From: Octopus vulgaris
Taxonomy: Eukaryota
Length of the DNA stretch: 64,000 bases
Direction of reading: 5' to 3'
Assembly: GCA_951406725.2 (NCBI GenBank)
Contig: OX597838.1
Location: 28,210,001-28,274,000 of the forward strand
Part shown: one piece after another, positions 1-11,563 of the stretch
How the letters are laid out: every line of letters starts with the position of its first letter
Position numbering within the stretch: position 1 is the stretch's first letter
Translations under genes and position numbers: made by a program
Notes under the pieces: generated by a model
What the model was told of the DNA's origin: nothing
Seen by the model: the letters and a program-made list of their open reading frames with translations, nothing else
The model's database searches: none

Positions 1-56
1 GACGCCTTTAGCTTGGCCAAAATAATGTCTTCGCCACTTGACCCTTTCACCAAAAG
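1..56 (-). CDS. Possible next CPD exon (repeat 4), truncated by the window edge (LLVKGSSGEDIILAKLKA)
   Basis: ttctag| acceptor and an open frame loosely like GKS..GRDL.VL.I. In frame only if the upstream exon uses the donor at 1592. Confidence 0.35.
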
Positions 57-921
57 CTAGAATAGATAACAAGACCACCAACTAAATCTATTGTTCTCAA
101 TGGCATATCTATCCTTCTGGATAGTTATATAAGCCAGCACATTACACTATAATGAGGGAGTTCTACGTGGCCACTGGAGATGCAAAGAAATAGCAGCCAA
201 ATCTCCTCAAAACACACATTAAATAAGCATCATCATCATTTAACATCTGCCGTCCATGCTGGCATAGGTTGGATAGTCTGACAGGAATTGCTGAACCAGA
301 AGACTGTATCGGGCCCCAGTGTCTGCATTGACATAGTTTCTATGGCTGGATGTGCTTCCTAATGCTGGTCACATTACAGAGAGTACTGGGTGTTTTTTTT
401 TACTTAGCGCCAGCACTAGTGGGGTCACCAGATAACTTGCAAGACAAAGCCACTCAACTAAGTGGGGTGCAGTATTGAGGGAAGTGGCTTAATACTGGGT
501 GATAAGAGGTTAAAGTCTGACAGAAGGACAGGTGTCATACTGTAGAGGAGATCCATAGCTTCCCCAGCTGGAAAAGGAGAAAAGATGGAGGTGCTGAGGT
601 TACAGGTATTCTGTTAATGAAGCATATAGCTGAAATTAATAACCGAAACACATCCAGAATGGTCAGGATCAACTTCTTTTTCTTCCTTCCCTCCCAGGGG
701 CTTCTGAGTCATCAAACCCTTTCATTAAATGTAACTTTTTACTTTGAGTTATCTCCCTTGCTTGAATCAATGCAGTAAGTCTCTATATGGTTGTTTTACA
801 TGCTAGAAATATCAGTCAAATTTCCCTCAAATCACACCCAGTCATGTTAGAAAAAGGGTCTGCTTCATCAGGGCTGACATGGGGCTAATTAACAGCAACA
901 ATATCAATGATAATGGATATA

Positions 922-1329
922 GGCGCAGGAGTGGCTGTGTGGTAAGTAGCTTGCTAACCAACCACATGGTTCCGGGTTCAGTTCCATTGCGTGGCATCTT
1001 GGGCAAGTGTCTTCTGCTATAGCCCCGGGCCTACCAATGCCTTGTGAGTGGATTTGGTAGACGGAAACTGAAAGAAGCCTGTCGTATATATATATATATG
1101 TGTGTGTGTTTGTGTGTCTGTGTTTGTCCCCCTAGCATTGCTTGACAACCGATGCTGGTGTGCTTACGTCCCCGTCACTTAGCGGTTCGGCAAAAGAGAC
1201 CAATAGAATAAGTACTGGGCTTACAAAGAATAAGTCCCGGGAGTCGATTTGCTCGACTAAAGGCGGTGCTCCAGCATGGCCGCAGTCAAATGACTGAAAC
1301 AAGTAAAAGAGTAAAAGAGTAAAGAGTAA
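922..1329 (+). mobile_element. tRNA-derived SINE family A (CORE-like body, internal TA/TG microsatellite, AAAAGAGT tail)
   Basis: A/B-box-like head ggcgcaggagtggctgtgtggtaag...gggttcagttcc. Many near-identical copies in the window. Confidence 0.85.
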
Positions 1330-1595
1330 TAGGGTTGATAAATTAATTAACCAAATTATTGTGCTCGTTACATTAAATATGCTTGTGCATATTTTTCTAT
1401 GAAGAAATTTGCTTATCTTTTTTCATGTGGAGGAGAATTATTTAAAAGGTGAAACAAATAGCAAAGAAAATCAAAAATTTAAAATTTACAAAAATGAACC
1501 AAAACCACCCAACAGATAAACTAATAAATAAAACAATTAAAAATTAAAACAAGAGAGAAAAACTTATTGAAAAATATATCTAATGATTTACTGAC

Positions 1596-1764
1596 CTGGT
1601 GTAGGAGAAAATTCTAGAACAGCTTTTATTCAAATTCTGGATAAACTCGACCATTTGGTCATAGTTATGATATGTGAGGGTTTGTAACTGAAGCAACATT
1701 TCAGCAGTGGTGGTCGTTAACTGACTGGGGTGTATGGTCACCTGTTTGGTCATTTGGCTCTTGC
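1596..1764 (-). CDS. CPD: CPD exon: end of repeat 3 and start of a fourth CP repeat (...TLTYHNYDQMVEFIQNLNKSCSRIFSYT)
   Basis: YHNY..M..F...L...C..I is an M14B domain start. ttacag| acceptor. Donor is |gtcagt (end 1596) or an alternative |gtaaat (end 1592). Confidence 0.85.
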
Positions 1765-1988
1765 CTGTAAAACAGGGAAAGCCAGTATTTAATACATATA
1801 CATAGATGTACACATAGACAGACAGACAGACACACACACACACACACACACATACATACATACATACATATAGATAGAAAGTCTGAGAGATAGACTTAAA
1901 TGTAGCTAGACAGAGGAAGATAGATAGGTAAGTATATATAAATAAGTAGATAGGTATGTATGTAGATATGAATAGATAGACACATATA

Positions 1989-2908
1989 TTGGGTCATCCC
2001 ATAAATAATGCAGTTTTTTTCAATTGCATGAACTAAAAGTCAGAGGGGGACGGGATAAACTACCTGCATCGACTTGCTATGAAAGGTAGTAATTTTACCT
2101 TGTACTTATTCTTAGTGCAAGTTTTGAAGAGTGCAGTTCGATTTTAACAGTTATTTTTTCAAAGCTATAATGGAAGTGACAAAGGAGCATATTCGGCATA
2201 TTTTGCTTTATGAGTTCAATAAAGGCAACAATGCAACAGAAAGTGCAAGGAATATTAATGCAATATATGGGGATCAGACAATAAGCGTAACCCAGTGTCA
2301 ACGGTGGTTCCAGAAATTCCAACCCAGAAACTACAGCCTAGAAGATGAGCCTCATCCTGGAAGATCTGTAGAGCTCGACAAGGACGTCCTGCAAACCCTG
2401 GTGGAACAAAATCCCATCGTAACTGTTGAGGAACTAGCAGAGAAGCTTGGATTTGGTCATTCAACCATTCATTGAAACCTGTATGCCATCGGAAAAGTCA
2501 GCAAATTGGGTTTCAAGATGAAATGTGTTCTTCAATCAGAATAATGCTGAGACACATACAGCGATGATGACATTTAAAATGCTGGAGCAGTTTGAATGGC
2601 AAATGATGCCCCACCCACCATATTCACTGGACATTGCCCCATCTGATTATCATTTATTCCACAGCCTTCAAAAAGATTTGGTTGGAAAAAATATGAATTC
2701 TGTAGACAAAGTCAGAACAGTACTGGAGGAGTATTTTTTGTCATGGACAAGTGAATTTTGGAAGAGATTCCTTGCAAGTCTACCAGATAGATGGAACAGC
2801 ATTTTAGAAAATGAAGGAGAGTATATTTTAGATTAAAAAGGAACTTTGTCATAATTTTGAAAAATAAAAGAAGTATTAAAAAACCACATTATTTATTGGA
2901 TGACCCAA
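1989..2908 (+). mobile_element. Internally deleted mariner (DD34D) transposon with both TIRs
   Basis: TIRs ttgggtcatcccataaataatg / cattatttattggatgacccaa flanked by TA. N-terminal HTH from ATG 2170 (IRHILLYEF...TISVTQCQRWF), stop at 2473-2475. C-terminal HPPYSLDIAPSDYHLF. Confidence 0.92.
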
Positions 2909-3267
2909 TATGTAGATAGACCTAATCAAATTCTCTATAATAATTTCTTTTGCTCTCTTCCACCTCTCTCAACACAGTCACTGCTTTCTCTTTCCCAGCA
3001 TGTTAGAAAAAGGAAACAAATAAAAAATATATATATATATATTTTAAGAATTTTATTTATTAAGATGAATGAATAAATATATATGTAGATACATAGATAT
3101 ATACACAGGCACAAACCTATACAAATGTATACATATATGCTACATCTATATATATATACACATATTTAATTAAATCTTTGAGTAGCCCTTAAGTAAGGAC
3201 CCAAGTATTTCACCTGAGCACTCTCACTGCCAACACATTCACAAAAGAAAACAAGAAATATTATTAC

Positions 3268-3420
3268 CTGGAGCTGTTACTGTTAAAGTATGCAGGCCTT
3301 CAGTTGCCATGATATAAAAGTCCCCATTTTTATCAGCTTGGAATGGTTTAGAGCCACCATCAATGGTTATAGAGGCACCGGGCAGCGGTTTATTCTGATA
3401 ACTCACTCGGCCTAATACAC
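3268..3420 (-). CDS. CPD: CPD exon: repeat 3 transthyretin-like subdomain (GVLGRVSYQNKPLPGASITIDGGSKPFQADKNGDFYIMATEGLHTLTVTAPG)
   Basis: Carboxypeptidase regulatory-like fold pattern. ttctag| and |gtaata, 153 bp. Confidence 0.9.
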
Positions 3421-3542
3421 CTAGAAAATGTTCAGGGTAAATTTGGTAAGAAACATCTGTCTGTGTATGTATGTGTGTTTGGTGATACAAGCATGAAAGT
3501 GGAACTCAACATAAATATGTGTGTGTATGCACACACACACAC

Positions 3543-3573
<31 letters not shown>

Positions 3574-3809
3574 GAAACATACACAACCATGTGTGTGTGT
3601 ATAGGATATAGGGATCTTTAGTCAGTGATGGTTAGCCACATGTGTATGGTTCTGTTTTTAATTAATGTGTTTATAAGCTCCTGTTCTCTACTGAGATGTG
3701 TGTGCATATCTATATATATCTATATATAGATATATATATATACATATACACACATATATATATATATATATATGTGAGGTATGTATATACATGGGAATCT
3801 AATGAGTGC

Positions 3810-3840
<31 letters not shown>

Positions 3841-4002
3841 GTGGAGGATTGTATGTATGTAGATGAGAATCTAATTGGGTGTATGTATATATATATATAT
3901 ATATAACGGGAAGCTTTATGAAAATAAACAAAAGTCGAAGGCAGGTGGAATACAAACAAACAATTGTATTAGTATGGCGCTCAGGAATATAAATAAAACA
4001 AG

Positions 4003-4040
4003 TCTTTTACATTTCGAGCCTACGCTCTTCAACAGAAAGA
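4003..4040 (-). ncRNA. Minimal type-I hammerhead-ribozyme-like motif (core variant) in a probable Penelope-like element fragment
   Basis: TCTTT-CTGTTGA-A-GAGC-GTAG-GCTC-GAAA-TGTA-AAAGA. Stems I and II pair. Confidence 0.5.
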
Positions 4041-4934
4041 TACACAGAAAAGAAACATATGTGTGTGTGTGTGTGTGTGTGCGTGTGTATACACACATGC
4101 ACACCACACACAAACAGACATAGTAAAAGATGTGTGTTGCTTGCATATGTATGCATTTCAATAAATATCTATGTCCACATGTTTTTATGCATAGATGGTA
4201 TCTTTCAATTTTAACTACTTAAATTCTTCCAATAGAAAACCAAAAGCCTCATCACTGGAATTTAATTAATAATAAGTGTAACGCTCTACATGTTGAACTT
4301 TAGAAAAGTCTTCCGTATATTTTTGACAGTTCCACTTAAAGAGAGAATTTCCAAAGTGAGTATTAACTGGTCAGATTCTTTACTAGAAAACCCCCATTTT
4401 CATTGTAGGTACAAAAAAATATAAATTTATAATCTGAGTAGAGAAGCATTTGTTTATTTGCTTCTGTATTTGTTTCAGTCACTGAACTGTGGCCATGCTG
4501 GGGCACCATCTTGAAGGGTTTAGTTAAATAAATCAGCCTAGAACTTTTTTTTTTTTTAAGAGTCTGGTATTAATTCTACTGGTGACTATTTTTGCCAAAC
4601 AACTAGGAGGACGGTAAACAAACCAACACCAGATGTCAAGAGGAAGGAGACAAACACACACCATGCACAAGACGGGCTTCTTCCAGTTTGTCTACCACAT
4701 CCATTCACATCTCTGGTTGACTTCATTTTCCATGCATTCCCAGGGCCAATAAAACAACCAGATAAAGTACTGAGGCTGGTCAATATTCTTGTCTACTCTA
4801 GGCACAAGGCCTGAAATTTTAGGGGAGGGGGCCAATCAATTAGATCGATCCCAGTAACCCAGTATCGACCTCCGAAAGGATGAAAGGCAAAGTCGACCTT
4901 GGCGTAATTTGAACTCAGAACGTAAAGACAGATG

Positions 4935-5172
4935 AAATACCTATTTCTTTACTACCCACAAGGGTTTAAACACAGAGAGGACAAACAAGGACAGACAAAC
5001 GGATTAAGTCGATTATATCGACCCCAGTGCGCAACCGGTACTTATTTAATCAACCCCGAAAGGATGAAAGGCAAAGTCGACCTCGGCGGAATTTGAACTC
5101 AGAACGTAGCGACAAACGAAATACCGCTTAGCATTTCGCCCGGCATGCTAACGTTTCTGCCAGCTCGCTGCC
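4935..5172 (-). mobile_element. tRNA-derived SINE family B
   Basis: Head ggcgagctggcagaaacgttagca, B box gagttcaaattc, central gtcgactttgcctttcatcctttcggggt. Confidence 0.82.
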
Positions 5173-5287
5173 TTGAGGGTGGTCAATATTTTCAACTGAA
5201 AACCCCTAAAAGTGCTCCAGTATGGCCACAGTTTAATGACTGAAACCAGTAAAAGAAAGAAAAAAAATAAATAGTGCTGTAGCTTAC

Positions 5288-5396
5288 CTTGAGTGGATTT
5301 CATGAGGAAATTCATTAAAGGCTGGACACTGCTTGACCAGACTTGACCAATTTGAGAATACGATGGATACTCACAGCAGGCAACACGCATGGTTAG
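5288..5396 (-). CDS. CPD: CPD exon: repeat 3 (LTMRVACCEYPSYSQIGQVWSSSVQPLMNFLMKSTQG)
   Basis: CC.YP...W motif. tcacag| and |gtaagc, 109 bp. Confidence 0.9.
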
Positions 5397-6040
5397 CTGT
5401 GAAGATTACAAATATTTCACAGGTTAAATCGTTTGCTGTAATTATTCATTGAAATATTTATTCAAAAATTTTGCAATCAAAAATGCTCCATTAAAACTAT
5501 GTTCATCAAAATATTATCGTCAAAGTTATCCATCCAAATAGCCCTGTATCTTGATTGGACATCTCTCCCCCTCCCCAATGGGAAGCCATGTATTCACCTC
5601 TTCAGTAAGGCATTTGCTCCTTCTCCCCTTCCATACTTTCACATCACTCAACTCTACACTCCACTCGGCTGAGGGATCGTGTCTTGCTGATACTTGGTGA
5701 CTTCGTCAGTGCTGGTGAAAAAAATGGATGTTAAAACAGGCAAGAATACATGACTGTCTGATAAGAAGCTTGCTTTCCAACTACATGGTTCCAGGTTCAG
5801 TTCCTCAGCATAGCACCTTGGGTGAGTGTCTTCTTCTATAGCCTTGGGCTGACCAAAACCTTCTAAGTGGATTTGGTAAGTGGAAACTAAAAGAAGTCTG
5901 TTGTGTGTGTGTGTGTGTGTATCTGTCTGTGTTTGTTCCCTCATCACCATTTGGTAATTGGTGCTGGTGTGGTTATGCCCTTGCAACTTAGTGGTTCAGC
6001 AAAAGCAACTGATAGAATAAGTATTAGGCCAAACAAATAA

Positions 6041-6461
6041 GAGATCTTTTCGGTCTGAATGGCAGTTTTTAACATAATTTCTAGGTAACTAAAAAATTTT
6101 AAACTTCGTATACTGGTACAATGTGTTTATAAAACATCTTTTTCTCTTGGCTTTATTGAGAAAATTCAATAGTTTGTAAGATATTTGTTATGTTTTTCTT
6201 CAATTTCTGCAATTTCAACCAATCACTGACGTCCATTGAGGTAAAAAAAACATTCTGTGCCGTATGAATATGTCCCTCGTTTAAGAAACAGATTGGGTTT
6301 ACTTACATTTGTGAAGAAAAAAAAGATGCCCTTCCCCCCGCCCCTAACTCTAACCCTAAAATAGATTCAAATGCAATAGATCGATACTAGGGTCATAACT
6401 ATGGGTGACAATTTCATATGATACCGCTAGAAAAAACTGCATTTCAAACCGAAAAGATCCC
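6041..6461. mobile_element. Non-autonomous DNA element with G(A/G)GATCTTTTC TIRs, inserted in a SINE
   Basis: TIRs gagatcttttcggt / accgaaaagatccc. AAATAA duplicated on both sides. Confidence 0.75.
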
Positions 6462-6587
6462 AAATAAGTCTTGGAGTCGATTTATTTGACTAAAAAGCCC
6501 TCGAGGCAGTGCTCCAGCATGGCCACAGTCAATGACCGAAATATGTAAAAGAATAAAACACACACACACATGCATGTATGTATGTAT

Positions 6588-6733
6588 GGGATCTTTTCAT
6601 TTCCAAGGCCTGTTTTTTCAGATTTTTCCTACTTAACCAAACAATTTGAAACTTCGTATACTGGTAGAATGTGTCAAAAGAAAACATAATTGTAAACCAG
6701 AACGAAAACAGGCCTTGGAAATGAAAAGATCCT
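6588..6733. mobile_element. Short MITE related to 6041-6461
   Basis: TIRs gggatcttttcatttccaaggcctgtttt / aaaacaggccttggaaatgaaaagatcct. ATGTAT on both sides. Confidence 0.78.
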
Positions 6734-6768
6734 ATGTATGTATAGATGTATAAACCGAAAAGACATAC

Positions 6769-6961
6769 CGTGTATGTGCCGTAGGTTTCAAAGACATGCT
6801 TTAAAATAGAGGCTGGACGTTTAAGAGGGGTTTCTTTGCTTTTGCATTGGTTGGCTGTGTAGTTCTTTGGAACAGTCTCCGTGATGGCGTCAGCCAGCAT
6901 CTTAAAGATCAAGCGATGGGTCTGACTGTAATTGGCTTTCTGGTTGTCATCAAATGGGAAA
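6769..6961 (-). CDS. CPD: CPD exon: repeat 3 (FPFDDNQKANYSQTHRLIFKMLADAITE...ILKHVFETYGTYT)
   Basis: Strong polypyrimidine ttttag| acceptor, |gtatgt donor, 193 bp. FPFD and FK.LA motifs. Confidence 0.88.
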
Positions 6962-7229
6962 CTAAAAAAGAAAAAAAACGAGAATGGGGGAAATAACATT
7001 ATAACAATATGATAGAGTGACAGAGAGAGAGAGAGATACAGGCAGATAGGTAAATAGGCAGAGAGGGAGATTTATAAATTACAGGTTAGACAGACACAGA
7101 TAACGAGAGAATGTGTTGTAAAAGAGAGGGAAGGAGGAGACAATGATAACATTGAATGGATTAAGGAAAAGATTGGTAAATGAAGTTGGAACGTCCAATG
7201 GTGCTGAGACTAATTTTGATGTGAGAAGT

Positions 7230-7760
7230 CGAATGATGTAATAGTATGGTGGATCAATGAGGCTATAATGCTGCTGTGTAGAAACTATTGTTGTAATTGT
7301 ATGGTAGACCGGTGGTGTTATGATATTGCTGTGTGTGTGTGTGTGTGGTAGAGTAAGGATGTAATTGAATGGTGAACTATGATATTGGTGTGTGAAGATA
7401 GTGATGTAATTGTATGGTGGACCAGTGGTGCTATAATATTGGTGTGTGAAAACAGAGTGATGTTGTAATTGTATGGTGTACCAGTTGTGCTATAATAGTG
7501 GTGTGTGAAAGTGTGATATAGTTATATGGTGAATCAGAGATATTTGAGTGTGAAGATAGAGTCATGTAGTTGTATGATGGACCAGTGGTGTTATAATATA
7601 GTTGTGTGATGATGTAATTGTATGGTGGACTAGTGGTGCTATAATAGAGGTGTGTAAAGACAGAGAGAGAGAGATAGTTATATGGTTGATCAGTGGTGCT
7701 ATAATATTTGTGCATGAGTATAGAGTGATGTAGTTGTATGGTGGACCAGTGGTACAATAA
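7230..7760. repeat. Degenerate 50-55 bp tandem repeat
   Basis: Recurring gatgtaattgtatggtggaccagtggtgctataat. Confidence 0.8.
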
Positions 7761-7986
7761 TATTGATTCACAACGATAGAATGATGATATATATATTGAA
7801 TAATGAATATTGAATAATGTACTCCGAGGTAGACTTTTGCTGAAAACAACACCAAATGATAAGAGCTGGAATATTTTCTATAATCAGTCTGCTCAGTCAG
7901 GGCTGACCTGTGGATAAAACAACAACAACAATATATGCATGTTTGTGTACAAACATACTTAAAGACCAAATATTAACAGTACTTAC

Positions 7987-8078
7987 TCCACAGTTTTACC
8001 GCCAGCTTCAAGACTGAGGGCCTGAGTAAAACGGTTTTTGCTGAACGCTTTCATTAAAAGGGGTCTCATAGATCTGCT
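7987..8078 (-). CDS. CPD: CPD exon: repeat 3 (SRSMRPLLMKAFSKNRFTQALSLEAGGKTV)
   Basis: tttcag| and |gtaagt, 92 bp. Joined to the next exon it gives LEAGGKTVDFPFDD, equivalent to [13 protein letters not shown]. Confidence 0.85.
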
Positions 8079-8205
8079 CTGAAAAGTAAAGAGAAGTGCA
8101 CAGCTGCAATCAAATGGCTGAAACAAGTAACAGAATAAAAGAATAATATATATGTGTGTGTGTGTGTATACTTGTGTGTCCTGGTGTAAACACCTTAGGT
8201 ATTTA

Positions 8206-8440
8206 CGGCGAGCTGGCAGAAATGTTAGCACGCCGGGCGAAATGCGTAGCCGTGTTTCGTCTGCCGTTACGTTCTGAGTTCAAATTCCGCCGAGGTCGAC
8301 TTTGCCTTTCATCCTTTCGGGGTCGATAAAATAAGTACCAGTTACGCACTGGGGTCGATACAATCGACTTAATCCCTTTGTCTGTCCTGGTTTGTCTCCT
8401 CTGTGTTTAGCCCCTTGTGGGTAGTAAAGAAATAGGTATT
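8206..8440 (+). mobile_element. SINE family B
   Basis: Full copy, near-identical to 13112-13343. Confidence 0.85.
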
Positions 8441-8615
8441 TACATCACTAAAGGGAGGCAACTCACTAAAATTATTAGTAACTCCCTCAATCAATAAACT
8501 GGGATCAACAAAATAAGGGCCATACTAACTACTGGCTGGTCAACATAAGCAAGCAACAACAACAACAACAAAAATGGCCAAATAGAATGAATAAGTGATG
8601 GATTTCTTCACTTAC

Positions 8616-8773
8616 CATTTTATGTTTAGCACTGGAAGACTGATGTGTTTGATCATGAGTCGAACAGGAGCCAGGGTTTGCCATGTGTAGCATCTCTAAG
8701 TTTAAGACTGGGTATATGAAGATATGAGTGTTTTCTAATAAGTTTCTGATGCTTGTGTTGTTATCTCTGTAAC
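8616..8773 (-). CDS. CPD: CPD exon: repeat 3 (GYRDNNTSIRNLLENTHIFIYPVLNLEMLHMANPGSCS...KHKM)
   Basis: Aligns to Y.....I..L...TRIH..P.LN. ttaaag| and |gtaagt, 158 bp, phase 1 to 0. Confidence 0.88.
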
Positions 8774-8814
8774 CTTTAACAGATTGAAACAGCAAAATTA
8801 AATACATATACAGA

Positions 8815-9031
8815 CAGGGTGGCCCCAAAAAATAGGTTTACAGTTATCACGTAGGCACTTTAAATTTCTTTGAAAACATTTTATAACGTTTAAATTTCTA
8901 TCTTACAATTAACTAAATTAGTATAGAATAATGATGGTTTCATATTTTTTTGTAATTAAGATCTAAACTGTTAATATATGAATGCGAAAGAGAGAGTTGA
9001 ATAACTGTAAACCTACTTTTGGGCCACCCTG
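8815..9031. mobile_element. Tc1/mariner-type MITE
   Basis: TIRs cagggtggcccc-aaaa-taggtttacagtt / aactgtaaacctacttttgggccaccctg followed by TA. Shares segments with the longer copy at 9306-10311. Confidence 0.8.
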
Positions 9032-9033
9032 TA

Positions 9034-9081
<48 letters not shown>

Positions 9082-9175
9082 ATCCAAACAAGAAAGCACA
9101 AAAAAACACAACAACGCGAGGACATGGAACAAATATAGTATTATTGGACGCTCAGGAAAGAAGGAAAGGAGGAGG

Positions 9176-9210
9176 GTTTAACGTTTCGAGCGGAGCTCTT
9201 CGTCGGAAAC
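9176..9210 (-). ncRNA. Minimal type-I hammerhead-ribozyme-like motif (core variant) in a probable Penelope-like element fragment
   Basis: GTTT-CCGACGA-A-GAGC-TCC-GCTC-GAAA-CGTT-AAAC. Stems I and II pair, stem III is palindromic. Confidence 0.55.
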
Positions 9211-9305
9211 ATAGGAGAAGGAAAGATCCAGAGAAGGGAAGACAGAGGAAAAAGAAAAAAATTTATATATATATAAACACAAACATATACATATATATAT
9301 ATACA

Positions 9306-10311
<1,006 letters not shown>

Positions 10312-10648
10312 GTGAAAAATAAATGAAAATTAAAAACATTTACTATCTACCATAGATGGTAAATGTTTTTATTTTAGTTTTCATTCCCTTCGAAGTTTTA
10401 TCCCTAAAAGTGGTTTGGATTTTAGCTGTTCCTTCTAGCATGCAAGGAATACTATGACGAATACCTCTTATGTGTTTAAATGTACACTGTATTTATATGA
10501 ATAATATATTGTCTTAAATCTTTAAAAATGTTTTAGCCCGAAGGCCGCGGCCATGCTGGGGCACCACCACTGTCTATTGACAAATTTTTTTTACACGCTA
10601 GGCCACTGGTAGTAACAATTTCTATAATTCTTTATTACCCTGATATTA

Positions 10649-10700
<52 letters not shown>

Positions 10701-10795
10701 ACAATCAAGGGGCGGGGGACATCATTCCAACTACATAAAATAAAATTCCTCATCTCACAAATGTAAGGAGATATTCCTGTAAAACAGAAACTTAC

Positions 10796-11181
10796 CAAGA
10801 GATAAATATTTAATGAGTCTCATTAAAATTTCACTGGTGACAGGTTCGTCTCCATTTATGTTTGCCATCAGAGCAATTCTAGGTTTCAATGACCCCAGGG
10901 AGTTCTCTTTGTCGGCGCTCATGTGGACTTCCATCAGGGTTAACCTCGAGGCCTTGCCTCGTGTCTCCGTGTAGCTTAAGATGTCACTGTTGAAAGACGA
11001 CAACCCTTGAAGGTATCGTCGGAGTTTGGGCAGGATCAAATAGCGAGGACCCTCAGCATTTTTCCTCAGAAGGAACTCGGTTTCATTCAGTAATGCTGTA
11101 CTTGAGTTCACCATTAGGGTGAAATTAAGAACCACTGCGGCCCCTTCGGAAACTTTGATCTGAGCAGTCTCTGATATGTAA
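10796..11181 (-). CDS. CPD: CPD exon: end of repeat 2 and start of degenerate repeat 3 (...VVLNFTL...KPRIALMANINGDEPVTSEILMRLIKYLSLG)
   Basis: LNFTL domain end. KP.IAL.AN.NGDEPV corresponds to the HGNE motif. tttcag| and |gtaagt, 386 bp. Confidence 0.92.
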
Positions 11182-11563
11182 CTGAAATGAAACAAAAAAA
11201 TATGAATTTACTTTAAATAGATAAATAAATAAATAAATAAAGAGAGAAAAAACCCAGCACTGCTTACTTCTGATGTACCCTTACCTCTTCTTTTCCACTC
11301 TGTAGCTCTTGCAAAGTCCATTTTACTGATGGTTTGGGGCTTTATTCTGTGTTCTGTACCTGTAGTTTTGGCTACCACTGCTGTCTTTGCTTAACTCCTA
11401 CATCTGCTCTTTTTACCCTTTTCTGATGAGTTTTAGTGCATCTGAGCACTGTATACAATAAGCTCAGCATCATCACCATCATCATTATTACAGAAAAAAT
11501 ATACTTCCAATGCTATCAGTCATATCATGGGCAACACTTGCGTATGTGTGTCTTGTATTAATC

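Noticed and set aside
2131-2836. Functional SETMAR-like gene or active transposase
   Set aside because: In-frame stop, internal deletion of the catalytic core, and no SET domain.
7820-7907. Possible extra exon (acceptor ccacag| at 7907, open frame SALTEQTDYRK...)
   Set aside because: Exon 7987-8078 already joins 6961 to give the conserved GG..V.FPFD motif. There is no good donor, and the sequence resembles a repeat also seen near 870.
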